Translations under genes and position numbers: made by a program
Shown: piece after piece, positions 42,116 to 52,096 of the stretch
Layout: each line of letters starts with the position of its first letter
Position numbering within the stretch: position 1 is the stretch's first letter
The notes under the pieces: generated by a model
What the model was told of the DNA's origin: nothing
Seen by the model: only the letters and a program-made list of their open reading frames with translations
Database searches by the model: none
From: an uncultured Phycisphaerae bacterium
GTDB lineage: Bacteria > Planctomycetota > Phycisphaerae > UBA1845 > JANYLN01
Reading direction: 5' to 3'
DNA length: 64,000 bases
Assembly: GCA_963767465.1 (NCBI GenBank)
Contig: CAVYDW010000004.1
Location: forward strand, 59,176 to 123,175

Positions 42116-43861
42116 GAGGCGGTTGCGATGTGTGGAACTTCATTTGTGTGAGTGCGTTGGACGGAGGGGGCAAAGCGTCTTCCCCGCAGACAAGGTGTCT
42201 TGCGACCTGCCAGGGCAATCGGGACGATTCTCTTGTGGATTTTTCGACCACCGGACCCCTGGTGCGGGGATCGGTTGCGGTGTACAATGGAGCCCTGCGA
42301 AGCCAAGGAGGGTTGCTCATGCACATCGCGATGACCGAACCGCTGTTTGCCTGGGGATGCCTGGAAGACAGTCCCAGCCTGCAGACGCTCAAGCAACTGC
42401 TGGCCGCTATCCCGGATGCGGCTCTCCTGGAGGGGTTGCGTCAGCACCGCGGCCGCGGTCGCAACGACTATCCCGTTCACGTCCTCTGGGGCGTGGTGCT
42501 GCTGACGATTGCGTTGCGGCATGCCAGTTATGAGGCCTGCCTGGCAGAGTTGCGACGCAACGAGGGACTGCGACACCTGATCGGCATTACGGAGGAAGCC
42601 GGTGTGCCCGAGAAGTGGAATATCTCCCGGTTCCTGGATGTGCTGGGCCAAGAGCCCCACCGGTCGCAGTTGCGTGGTGTCTTTGACCGGATGATCCAGC
42701 GACTGGCCTGTGTGGTGGACGACCTGGGCAAACACACCGCCGGCGATGCCACCGCCCTGCACGCTCGCCGCAAGGCGGAGGCGACCGAGGAAGTGGCCGA
42801 AGGCTTGCCCCAGCCGACCGGGGGGCGCAAGGAGTATACCGACGAGCAAGGCAAGGTCACCCAGATCGTCGAATGGTTCGGCTACAAGTTGCATCTGCTG
42901 GTGGATGCCCGGCACGAGTTGATCCTGGCCTACCGTACGACCAGTGCCCACATCGACGATGGGGGTACGCTGCCGGCGTTGATCGAACAGGCCAAGGCGA
43001 ATCTGCCGGAAGGTCGCATCCAGACCACGGCCTATGACAAGGCGGCCGACAGTCGGGATGTGCATAAGATGCTGGACAAGGAGGGAATCCGGCCCGTGAT
43101 CCAGAACCGCAGTCTCTGGAAGGATCACACCGAAGAAATGCTGCCCGGGCACGATGGGACCAGCAACATCACCTACGATGAGGCCGGGACGGTGTACTGC
43201 TATGACCGGCACAGCGAGCCGCCGGTGCGGCACAAGATGGCCTACATTGGCCATGAGCCACAGCGCAAGACGATCAAGTACCGCTGTCCGGCCCGGCACG
43301 AGGGCTGGCCGTGCCCCAGCGAGGGGCTGTGCAACGCCGGCAAGGACTACGGCAAGACGGTACGAGTGGCTTGCGCGATCGACCTGCGGCGGTTCCCGCC
43401 GATTCCCCGGGCAACCAAGAAGTTCGAGCGGCTCTACAAGGGCCGCACCTCCGTGGAGCGGGTCAATGCCCGCGTGAAGCTCTTCTGGGGGCTGGATGAT
43501 GGGAACGTGACCGGAGCCCGGCGGTTCCATGCCCTGATCGCCACGGTGATGGTGGTGCATGCGGGCTTCGCGACACTCCTGGCGGCCAGCCCGCGTCGGG
43601 AAGGAACCCTGGGCAAACTGCGACTGGGCCACGTGCAAAAGGCCCTGGCGGAACGAATGACCGGCTGAGACGCGGTCCAGTGAGCCAGTCATCGGATGCG
43701 GCCGCGCTGGCGGTACGCGCAGAACCAGCCATCCGCTGGCCATTCCACAGCCGGCACGCCTTCCGGCCTTGCCGCCGACCCTTTCCGAAGTCTCCAGTCG
43801 CTATTGGGCGCGGCCCGGCCGCTTTCGACCGCCCGCAGAGCGGTCACATCGCAACCGGCTC
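42116..43861 (+). mobile_element. IS4/IS5-superfamily (DDE_Tnp_1 type) insertion sequence (about 1746 bp)
   Basis: Inverted repeats are GAGGCGGTTGCGATGTG (42116-42132) and the reverse complement GAGCCGGTTGCGATGTG (43845-43861). A direct repeat GTCTGAGG lies at 42107-42114 and 43862-43869, with one extra T at 42115, so the exact left boundary is +/-1. Confidence 0.65.
42319..43668 (+). CDS. IS4/IS5-type DDE transposase with an InsH-like N-terminal domain
   Basis: AAGGAGG lies 7 nt before ATG 42319. Motifs GRGRNDYPVHVLWGVVLL, AGDATAL, FGYKLHLLVD, AYDKAADS and YKGRTSVERVNARVK (Y-2-R-3-E-6-K) are present. Confidence 0.8.
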   Translation: MHIAMTEPLFAWGCLEDSPSLQTLKQLLAAIPDAALLEGLRQHRGRGRNDYPVHVLWGVVLLTIALRHASYEACLAELRRNEGLRHLIGITEEAGVPEKWNISRFLDVLGQEPHRSQLRGVFDRMIQRLACVVDDLGKHTAGDATALHARRKAEATEEVAEGLPQPTGGRKEYTDEQGKVTQIVEWFGYKLHLLVDARHELILAYRTTSAHIDDGGTLPALIEQAKANLPEGRIQTTAYDKAADSRDVHKMLDKEGIRPVIQNRSLWKDHTEEMLPGHDGTSNITYDEAGTVYCYDRHSEPPVRHKMAYIGHEPQRKTIKYRCPARHEGWPCPSEGLCNAGKDYGKTVRVACAIDLRRFPPIPRATKKFERLYKGRTSVERVNARVKLFWGLDDGNVTGARRFHALIATVMVVHAGFATLLAASPRREGTLGKLRLGHVQKALAERMTG

Positions 43862-44213
43862 GTCTGAGGCGCGTAGCGAACGGGGACGTAGCGAAGAGGG
43901 GACGTTACGAAAGCGCCGGTTAAGGCCGGTAGAGAGTAGCGGATGCAAGAGCCGCACGACAAAGGAGTAGCGAACCATCTCGACCCCGAGTCATACGCCG
44001 GTGGTGGCAACATCGCGGGTAAAGCAGAAACGGCAAGAAAAGGTGGGCGAGAAAAGGTGTCAGGAGTGCTCTGTACCCGTTCGGGACGGGCACCGTCTAT
44101 CTGCTGCCCGCCGATAGCGGCCCTTGCCGGCGGGTCGCCACAAACGTTGGCTGTGGAAATAGGCGGCGACTGACTTCAGCTTATCACCGCCCATTGCCCG
44201 TGGTTCTGACCCG

Positions 44214-44501
44214 CTAGGCAACTACGTTGAGTTTGCCGTTGCCTTGTGAGGTGGCAGTGGTTTCGCTGCTCGGCTCTGGAGTTACCGGACGCGAAGACTC
44301 CTGGGCCTTCGCTTGCGCAGCCGCGGCCGCCTGCGCCGCCAGCTTCCTCACGGCCTGCCTGTCCCCGCTGTTCGCTTCCTTGACCGTCTGCGCGTGCGTT
44401 TCCATGGCTTCGGCCACGTTTGCAGCCTGCGTCTGGCTGGCCGATTGGGACGCGCTCTGGGCCACCGCCTGGAATATGCCGGCAATCGGTGACACTGACA
44501 T
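44214..44501 (-). CDS. small Ala/Gln/Ser-rich hypothetical protein (95 aa)
   Basis: GGGAG lies 7 nt before ATG 44501. The sequence is MSVSPIAGIFQAVAQSASQSASQTQAANVAEAMETHAQTVKEANSGDRQAVRKLAAQ... No family recognised. Confidence 0.45.
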   Translation of the reverse strand: MSVSPIAGIFQAVAQSASQSASQTQAANVAEAMETHAQTVKEANSGDRQAVRKLAAQAAAAAQAKAQESSRPVTPEPSSETTATSQGNGKLNVVA

Positions 44502-44835
44502 CGCAATTCTCCCGGTTCCGTCGTTTCGGACACAGGCACGAGAGGCTGACGGGCCAATCGTGCAGTCCAGATCGACCGCACCCGCGGGGATGCAGGGGCC
44601 ACACCCCACATGCATCACTATCGTCCGGCATGCCAATAACCTTGACCAGAATCGCTTTCCGTCGGCGCATTGAGAGGAAATGGAGAGGAAACGGGAAAGA
44701 AGCGGCGAAGAAACAGGGCGCCAACTGATTCTGCAAGAGCTCGCAGCAAGCTCGCGCTCGCCCCCAAACGGCGGCCGTCCCGATCCACCAGCCGCGCCAA
44801 GCAGTCTCTCCGCCTTGCCCCCAACCGCTCCGCGC

Positions 44836-45391
44836 CTACTGCGGAGCGCCGAATTCCTGCACCCAGTAGATGCCCACCGGCCCGCCCCGGTAGACCGCCA
44901 CGCCGGTGTCGCTGATGCCCGGCAGCAGAATGTTGAAACGGTGTTCCGGCGAGTTCATCCAGCCCGTCACAACCATGTCCACGGTCGGATAGCCAGCCGC
45001 GATGTTCTCGGCAATGATCGAAAAACTGTAGCCAGCCGCCAGTGCGCGGTCCCACGGCATCGAACCGGTCTGCGGGTCCTGGTGCGAGAAGAAGCCCAGC
45101 TGGGCCATCCGCGTGGCATGCCCGAGGGCGGCGGCGGTCAGCTTGTCGTTCTTGACCAGGGCCGGCAATCCGTTGGCTGCGCTGGGCGTTGATCTGTTCG
45201 ATGACCTGGTCGGCCAGGGCGGCGTCGCCGGTACCGTTGCTCGTGCCGTCGCTCGTGCCGGTGCTCGCGCCGCCGCTCGCGTCCGTTGCCTGCTCGCCAA
45301 GAACGATGGTGGGCCCGCAACCAGCCGCCGGAAGCAGCACCAGAACTCCCGCCAGCAATAGCAGGCACACGACCGCCGCGATCCTGTCCAT
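44836..45391 (-). pseudogene. CAP/SCP (YkwD-like) domain lipoprotein with one apparent frame break near 45180
   Basis: GGGAGGG lies 6 nt before ATG 45391. Lipobox is LLPAAGC. After the shift comes the CAP core LGHATRMAQLGFFSHQDP...IIAENIAAGY...VVTGWMNSPEHRFNIL... Confidence 0.75.
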
Positions 45392-45988
45392 CGATATCCC
45401 TCCCGTCGGCCTTTCGAATCCTGCACCGGTCCTCTCGCCGCAACCGGTCCTAAACAGGAATATACGATAAACTGGAATTGGAGGCGGACTGCCGTCCGGC
45501 GCAAGAGCCTCGTGCGAAGCCGCGACGCTTCGCAGTTCGTTGACACTGGGCCGATTATGGGATGTAAGAAGAAACGGCGGCCGACAGGATACACAAAGAG
45601 GCGTCGAGCACCAGACGACCGGCCATCTCACCCGGCCGGCACAGGCCGGGGCCGTTCCACTTGACTGAAGCGCCCTGCGGCGTATAGTATTCATCGACAC
45701 TACTTGTGGGGAATCAGGGACCTGCGACCCGGATAGACAAGAGACCACCACAGACGAGTCGCGTCGTGACGGAGCCGTTCGTGGCTATGCTGTGCGCATG
45801 CCGCTGGTGATGTGACCTTTCCTGTCCAGATACGTTTCTGAGCATTATCCATATCCTGAGACTTGCAACGCCCGGGTGCGGGGCGTCCGGGGCCGTGTCT
45901 GTGCCTGGCCTGCCTCATACGGCCTTATGCGGCCACGCGCGGCAGGTGCCGGAACAACCGAGTACCCTTGTCAGAGGAGGAATAGCCC

Positions 45989-47250
45989 ATGCAATCGCAA
46001 AGAGGTCAGAATCGGCGTAGCCGGACCTCGCGGATCAAACCCGTGCTCGCTGCCCTGGCCATCGTCGTATGCCTGCCGCTTCCGGCAAATGCCATCATTC
46101 TGGACAAGGCGATCATCGACAGTGTTGCGACCCAGGAGACTCCCCCGGAAGTCCTGGCTGCGATCCCTCCAGCCAGGCCCGGGGAGATGAGGATCGCGTC
46201 GGCCTCCGGACTTAGCCAGTCCCAGTTGATCGCGCTGGGGCGTTTCCTTTTCGAAAAGCAGACCTTTCAGGGCAACGGCCGCACCTGCGCAACCTGCCAT
46301 CCGGCCACAAACAACTTCACGCTCGACCCTGAATTCATCTCCCGACTTCCCGCCACCAACCCGCTGTTCGTCGCCGAGACCAATCCAGCCCTGAAGGACC
46401 TGGAGAACCCGCAATTGACGAGGTCCCTGGCGCTCATATGCGAGAATGTCGACGGGTTCGACAAGCCTTGCGTCTTCCGAGGCGTCCCCCATACGCTGGC
46501 CCTGCGAGTGACGACCACCCCTCCGCTGCAGAACCCGCCAGCGCCCGGAAACATCCTGGTGCCGGGGACCAACCCGCCCGTTGCCCTGGCGAACTCCACC
46601 GGCTGGTCGGGCGATGGCGCGCCGATCGGCAATGGAGCAAACGGCGAGCTGCGGCTGTTTGCCCTCGGCGCGGTTGTCCAGCATTTCACCAAGACGATGA
46701 ACCGCGTGCCGGGCGTCGACTTCAGGGTCCCCAGCAACCTGGAACTCGATGCCCGGCTGCAATTCCAGCTCTCGCTCGGCCGCCAACTGGATTTCGACCT
46801 GGCCTCGCTGACCTTCAGGAGTCCTGTTGCCGAACACGGCAAGCAGGTCTTCCAGGACCAGGACCCGACCACCGGCGCCAGATGCTCCCTGTGTCACAAC
46901 AACGCCGGATCCAACAGACCGCCCAACAATGCCAATGCCGGCAGGAATACCCTCGCCAATACCCGGGTGGAACTGATCGACCGGGGAACGACGAACGATA
47001 CTTCGGCCATCAACTCCGACATGGCCGGCGGAAGCGACTACATATCCATCGGTCTGGCCAACACGCAAGATGCCATCAAGGTCCTGAAGGATGGCGTCTA
47101 TTTGCTCTATCCGGATCCACAGAACGTACTCTCCTGCACCAGGCCCTCCAGCAACAAGCGCTCGACGCTTGCATCCCGGCCATCAGGAACGCACTGCTCA
47201 CCAAGGCAAATGCGAAGTTGAAAGCCGCCAGAGATATGATCGTCAACTGA
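45989..47250 (+). pseudogene. di-haem cytochrome c peroxidase-like protein with one apparent frame break near 47125
   Basis: Signal peptide present. Two CxxCH motifs (CATCH, CSLCH). GRFLFEKQTFQGNGRTCATCH is typical of the CCP/MauG family. The C-terminal tail ...LLHQALQQQALDACIPAIRNALLTKANAKLKAARDMIVN lies in ORF 46438..47250. Confidence 0.55.
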
Positions 47251-47378
47251 CTTTCATCGCTGCCTTGGCACGCATGAGCCGAAGGGCCGCAACCATGCGG
47301 CCCTTCGGCGCTTGATCTTCTTGGCTGCGATTCCACGGCGGCGACTTCCGGGGGTAGAGGGGTCAGAGGGTGAAGGTG

Positions 47379-48614
47379 TCAGAATGCGCTGCCATCCATC
47401 CCCGCCACAATCTCCCCGATCGTCATCCCGTCCCGCGGCACGTACCGCCGCCAGTAGGCCACCGATTCCGCGATCTCCTCCAACATTGCCCGCGGATGGT
47501 CCGCCGTGCCCAGGAACGGCTCCAGCGTCAGGTAGATCTTCGCAACCGGCGGTGGGAAGCCCTCAGGCCGGGCTCGCAGCGCGCTCGCGTGGATCGCCCG
47601 CAGGACCTGGGGGGCAAAGATGATGCCGTCGGCGTTCGCGCGGGCCGTGGAGCTCGCGTGGCCGCTCCGCGTGCCGTCGGTCTGCTGCACGTGGATGATC
47701 GGCGAATACGCCGCGTAGTGCTCCAGCCACAGGTAACAGTCGCCGTCGCCCGGCCGCGAGAACAGGTGCGGATTGGCTGCGGCGAAGGCATCCACCTCCT
47801 GTTGCATCTGCGCCGCCGTCGCGCCAGCCAGCACGCGCCGCCGCAGTCCTTCGTAGCACTCGCGCGGACCCAGGTAGATGCTGCTGGGCCGCCCCGCGCG
47901 GACCGCCTCGACAAAACCCGCCACCTGCTCCGCTGACGGCGCCAGGAACCGGTCCTGCCCCGTCTGGTGGCCCGTGTCCAGCGTGATGTGGACGGGCAGC
48001 CCGGCGCTCTTGGCGTTGGTGCGGCGCAGAAAGTCAGCCGTGCCCACGATCGTCCATGGCACCTGGTGCGGCGTGTACATCTGCTCGATGCCGAAGCTAG
48101 CGGCCCCGACGCGCTCGGCAACCAGCGAGACCTCCCGAAAGCAGCTGATCAGCGCATCATACGCCTCGTCGTAGAGCCGCCGGTCGCGGAGCATCTTCTC
48201 CGAGAACGCGTGCGCGAACATGCCCAGCCCCGCCCGCAGCGCCCCAGCCGTCGCCAGCATCGGCTCGATCCAGTTTCGCTGCAGGTGTCGCCGCACCCGC
48301 GGGTCGTGGTGGCCTAGCCCCAGCGTCGAGTACGTCCCGTGGCCGGAGTAGCAGTTGACCACGCGGATGCCCGTAGCCTCCGACTCGCGCCGCACCTGCT
48401 GCACCCAGTCCGCCAGGAACTCGCGGCACGAGTAGAGCGGGTCGATCTCGTTGTCGGCGCTGGCCTCGACGCAGCGCAGGCCCAGCTCGCCGATCACCCG
48501 CATCCACTCAGCCACCTCGCACCACCGCTTGGACGCAAAGCAGTTGTCGATCGCCAGGAACACGCGGGTCTTCCCGCCATCAGCGGGCGAGCCCGCAACT
48601 GCGGCTGAGTCCAT
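47379..48614 (-). CDS. sugar-phosphate isomerase/epimerase-like (xylose-isomerase-type TIM barrel) protein
   Basis: This is a long uninterrupted ORF with coding-type GC3. FLAIDNCFASKRW..., VVNCYSGHG, FGIEQMYTPH and HITLDTGH resemble AP-endonuclease-2/XylA-like barrels. The family call is from memory. Confidence 0.55.
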   Translation of the reverse strand: MDSAAVAGSPADGGKTRVFLAIDNCFASKRWCEVAEWMRVIGELGLRCVEASADNEIDPLYSCREFLADWVQQVRRESEATGIRVVNCYSGHGTYSTLGLGHHDPRVRRHLQRNWIEPMLATAGALRAGLGMFAHAFSEKMLRDRRLYDEAYDALISCFREVSLVAERVGAASFGIEQMYTPHQVPWTIVGTADFLRRTNAKSAGLPVHITLDTGHQTGQDRFLAPSAEQVAGFVEAVRAGRPSSIYLGPRECYEGLRRRVLAGATAAQMQQEVDAFAAANPHLFSRPGDGDCYLWLEHYAAYSPIIHVQQTDGTRSGHASSTARANADGIIFAPQVLRAIHASALRARPEGFPPPVAKIYLTLEPFLGTADHPRAMLEEIAESVAYWRRYVPRDGMTIGEIVAGMDGSAF

Positions 48615-48655
48615 ATCTTCTCACCTCGGCGAGTACCGCCTTGCAGTTCTTTCTA

Positions 48656-48741
48656 AACCACGCCAGACACGGAGTCACGGAGAAAGACCTCGATGGCGCA
48701 AGCAACACCTCGCTTTCTCTTCCTCCGTGTCTGGCGTGGTT
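48656..48741. repeat. REP-like palindromic element, AACCACG...CGTGGTT family (variant arm)
   Basis: AACCACGCCAGACACGGAG (48656-48674) is the perfect reverse complement of CTCCGTGTCTGGCGTGGTT (48723-48741), with a 48-nt loop. Confidence 0.7.
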
Positions 48742-48916
48742 ACCTTTACGTTCCCGAATTCGCTGGAACGCCGATCGTCAGTAGCCGGATCATACCGGCG
48801 TGCCATCCAGCCGCAAAGCCGCTACAATCCCCGGCGGGCGGCAACGGTGCCGCCCGTGCCCCGGGTCCGGCAACAGCCCCCGGACGGGAAACGCCGGAAC
48901 AACGGATCGTCGAACC

Positions 48917-49390
48917 ATGCGCAGCCTCCTGCGGATCGCAATCATCCTCCTGGCGGCCGTCGCGGCAGCCGCCGTAGCTGGCGCCGTCCACCCCCGGCGG
49001 ATCGCCTGGTTCGTCTCGCGCGACGTGATCTACCCCTCGCCGACCCCCGAACAGGCCGCCGCGACGATCGGCCGCGACGAACTCCTGGCCGCCATCCAGC
49101 AGGGCACCGTCGCCGCCATCGCCGACGCACGCAAGGCCGAGCACTTTCAGGAAGGGCACATCCCCGGGGCCATCAACATCCCAGCCGACGACAACCCAGC
49201 CGCCCACCTGGACGCCCTGACCGCCCGCGCCCTGCCCGAGGACCTGGTGATCGTCTATTGCGGCGGGGACCCCTGCGACGACAGCAAAATCGTCTTCGAC
49301 CTGCTCAAGGCGAATGGCTTCCAAAACGTCCGCCTGTATTTCGGCGGCTGGCGGGACTGGACCGAGGCGAAACTCGATGTCGAGAAGTGA
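48917..49390 (+). CDS. membrane-anchored rhodanese-domain protein
   Basis: MRSLLRIAIILLAAVAAAAVAG is the anchor. The rhodanese core reads DARKAEHFQEGHIPGAINIP...VIVYCGGDPCDDS (active-site Cys loop). Confidence 0.75.
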   Translation: MRSLLRIAIILLAAVAAAAVAGAVHPRRIAWFVSRDVIYPSPTPEQAAATIGRDELLAAIQQGTVAAIADARKAEHFQEGHIPGAINIPADDNPAAHLDALTARALPEDLVIVYCGGDPCDDSKIVFDLLKANGFQNVRLYFGGWRDWTEAKLDVEK

Positions 49391-49895
49391 TGCGATAAGC
49401 GGCCTGGTGGGTGCAACACGCCCGGCGGACGGCCCGTCCGGCGGGCGGCTCTGGCTCGCGCGCGTCTGCGGTTGGGTCCTTGGCGGGGTGTTCGTCTATG
49501 CCGGCATCATCAAGGTGCTGGACCCGGCCCAGCTCGCCCTGCAGATTCGCAACTACCAGCTGGCCCCCTGGTGGGCCATCCACCCAGCGGCAAACGTGCT
49601 GCCCTGGGTCGAGATCGTCGCGGGGCTGCTCCTGATCCTGGGGACCTGGGCCGTCGAAGCGACGATCATCCTGACCGGTCTGCTCGGGCTGTTCATGGTC
49701 GCCATCGGCTGGGCCATGCACCTGGGCCTGGACATCGAGTGCGGCTGCTTCGCCGGCCACACCAAGGTCGGCCCGATCCGCCTCATGGAGGACCTCGCCC
49801 TGCTGGCCGTGGCGGCCCTGGGCCTCTGGGCCAGGTCTCGCCGCCGGAGCGGTCCTGGTCACGATCGGCATGCCCGTCCTGCCGCGCAATCGTAA
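49377..49895 (+). CDS. MauE/DoxX-family membrane protein
   Basis: ATG 49377 overlaps the rhodanese stop. Four TM segments. FVYAGIIKVLDP and the CGCF motif are typical of MauE-type proteins commonly paired with rhodanese. Confidence 0.7.
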   Translation: MSRSDAISGLVGATRPADGPSGGRLWLARVCGWVLGGVFVYAGIIKVLDPAQLALQIRNYQLAPWWAIHPAANVLPWVEIVAGLLLILGTWAVEATIILTGLLGLFMVAIGWAMHLGLDIECGCFAGHTKVGPIRLMEDLALLAVAALGLWARSRRRSGPGHDRHARPAAQS

Positions 49896-49994
49896 GTCCA
49901 ACTGGAACCTATCCTTGAACCGCACCTCGCATTTCTCCGCGACTCCGCGCCTCCGTGGTTCCCCCTGGATTCCTGGCCGGCGTCTGGCGTCTGA

Positions 49995-51505
49995 GGGTGC
50001 GACTAATCGGTCTGGCGCTAGCGTGAATGCTTTGCTATTCTGGAGTTATGATCCAGGAAGAAGGAGCAAAGCATGGATGGCAAGATCACAGGCCAGGACC
50101 TGAAGGCGGCGTTGGGAGCGGACTTGGATGCACTGCTGGAGGAAGTGGCCAGGGCGATGAACCAGGCCCGTGCGGGCAAGATCATCGCCGACAGCGAAGA
50201 AGGCGTGCGAGACGCCGCGGCTGAGTTTCGCCGACGGCTCTACGAGAAGGCCCTGGAACTCCGTCAGCAGCAAGAGGCGAGTTCTTTTTCCCCCTCGGGA
50301 CCGTCAGCCTCAGGTCCGCTGGCGTCACAAGGGCCAGCAAGCGACCAGTTACCTGACGATCAACGGCCGGGTGGAGATTCACCGGATCGTCTGGTGGAGC
50401 CGCGAGCAAGGAAGCGTCGTGCCCGTTGATGCCTGGCTGGGCATTACGCAGGACCGCTACAGCCCGGGCGTGCGGGAGATGGGCTGCCGGGAGGCCTGTG
50501 GCAGTGACTTCCGCCAGGCGGCCGAGGATCTGGAGCGGGTGGGCCAGATCCGCCTGACGCACGAGATGCTGCGACAGGTGGTGGAAGCCGAGGCCCGTCA
50601 GGCAGTGGCTTGCCAACAGGCGGGCGGTCTGCGGCCGGGTTGGACGGCTGGGGATTGTCGCAACGGTCCGGCCGAGCCGACCTGTGTGATCAGCGGGGCC
50701 GACGGGGTGAAAGTGCCCCTGGTGACCGAAGCAGAGAAGGCCAAGCGTCGGGCCTTGCGTCGGCATCGCGGCCCCAAGGCGCTGCGTCGGCGGGGCCGGA
50801 TCGGCCGGGGCAGCGATCAGGCGTACAAGGAGTTCAAGATCGTGGCCTTCTACGATCCGTCTAAGGAGCACCAGCACGCGGTAGGCACCAGCGGGGACCA
50901 CCGGGCGTTGGGTCGGCTGATGCGGCGGGAAGCGGGTCGGTTGAACCTGGAAGAAGCGCAGAAGAAGTACTCGGTCACCGATGGGGCCGAGTGGATTCGT
51001 CGGCAGTACCAGCAGCAATTGCCGATGCTGGAGGCCAACGTGCTGGACTACCACCACCTGCGCGAGCACGTGATCCTGGCCAGCCAGCGGGTCTTGGGCG
51101 AAGGCACATTGGCCAGCCAGACCTGGCGGGAACAGATGCTGGGTGTGGTCCTGGAGCAGGGGCCGGTGCGGCTGTTGGAGGAGGTGGGCCAGTTACGCCG
51201 GCAGATGCGTTCGGCCGGCAAGCGAGCGGCGTTGGAAGGGCTGCAGCACTACGTGGCGGCGCGGGTGGAGATGCTGGACTACCCGGCGTTCCGGGCCAAG
51301 GGCTACGACATCGGCTCAGGACCGACCGAGGCGTTCTGCAAGACCCTGACGGCACGGCTCAAAGGACCGGGGATGCGGTGGGACAGGCCCAACGCCGAAG
51401 GCATGATGGCCTTGGCGTCGATCCGCTCCAGCGGCTTGTGGGGCCAGTACTGGGCCATGCGGCGGCAGGCCGCCGCATGATTGCCAGAAAGATTGGGCAG
51501 ACACC
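49995..51505 (+). mobile_element. ISKra4/ISLre2-like insertion sequence, copy 2 (diverged from copy 1)
   Basis: The reverse complement of the right end, GGTGTCTGCCCAATCTTTCTGGCAA, resembles the copy-1 termini. The left end GGGTGCGACTAATCGGTCTGGC is only partly similar. A direct repeat GCGTCTGA(GG) lies at 49987-49996 and 51506-51515. Boundaries are +/-2 nt. Confidence 0.6.
50073..51480 (+). CDS. ISKra4/ISLre2-like DDE transposase, two frames joined by a +1 shift at TCT_TTT_TCC (50283-50291)
   Basis: ORF 50073..50429 and ORF 50170..51480 overlap. Motifs SGADGVKVP, YKEFKIVAFYD, VTDGAEWIRRQ and VLDYHHLREHV are present. The junction reads ...EASSF then PPRDRQPQVRWRHKGQQ. Confidence 0.7.
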
Positions 51506-51660
51506 GCGTCTGAGGTGTGTGACTAAACATTCTGGCAACGGGTAGCGCATACGCACCGGACCCGCGTTTATGATAGCGCCAAGCAGGGTGCCGCATGCTC
51601 AAATGCCGCGGTGCCAGAAAAACTGGTCACGCACGCGTCTGAGCACCCTCAACACGGACC

Positions 51661-51689
51661 TTGACGCTCGGATAGCCGCCTGCTATGCT
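51661..51689 (+). promoter_or_regulatory. sigma70-like promoter candidate upstream of rpmH
   Basis: TTGACG (51661-51666), a 17-nt spacer, then TATGCT (51684-51689), about 55 nt upstream of ATG 51746. Confidence 0.4.
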
Positions 51690-51745
51690 ATGTGACTCGC
51701 CATTCAAGACGGTTCGCAACTGGATTGGCTAGTAGGAGTTGAGGC

Positions 51746-51884
51746 ATGGCGCTGGTATCCGGCACGAGAAGCAACAGGAAGCGGTATCGCACGCACGGCT
51801 TTCGGGCTCGCATGAGGACGCGGGGAGGCCGCCAGGTCCTGTCGCGCGCAACGCAAGATCGGCCGCAAGCCCAGCTGCCGCTAG
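51746..51884 (+). pseudogene. rpmH: 50S ribosomal protein L34; the frame at the 3' end is unclear (apparent break near 51845)
   Basis: AGGAG lies 8 nt before the ATG. SNRKRYRTHGFRARMRTRGGRQVLSR matches the L34 core (KR.R.HGFR.RM.T..GR.VL.RR). In frame it would run on to 85 aa. The +1 frame gives ...QRKIGRK... and TAG 51882-51884, an L34-like length. Confidence 0.6.
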
Positions 51885-51991
51885 GTACCAGTGGTTGTAG
51901 CCGCCCCCGGATCTCCCGTTGTCGGGCCATGGGGCGGCCATGGCTGTCAACTCGCGCCGGCCACCGATCACCGATTTGGAACCTGCTCCAA

Positions 51992-52072
51992 AACCACGAA
52001 TGACACGAAGGGCACGAAGTACACAAGGTCACCGCCACGGCTCCCTTCGCGTACTTCATACCCTTCGTGGTT
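51992..52072. repeat. REP-like palindromic element, AACCACGAAG family (imperfect copy)
   Basis: The left arm AACCACGAATGACACGAAGGGCACGAAGTAC pairs imperfectly with GTACTTCATACCCTTCGTGGTT. It lies between convergent rpmH and the membrane protein gene. Confidence 0.6.
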
Positions 52073-52096
52073 CAATTCACGCCCCGAGATCGCGTC

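Noticed and set aside
43870-44213. A possible group II intron fragment or riboswitch, suggested by purine-rich GAAAGCG-type motifs and a hairpin near 44080. GTGCGAC also occurs at the left end of the ISKra4-like copy 2.
   Set aside because: There is no GUGYG...AY boundary pair, no domain V-like 34-nt hairpin with an AGC triad, and no reverse transcriptase ORF. No B12, TPP or other riboswitch core was recognised. It is kept only as an unexplained non-coding region in the findings.
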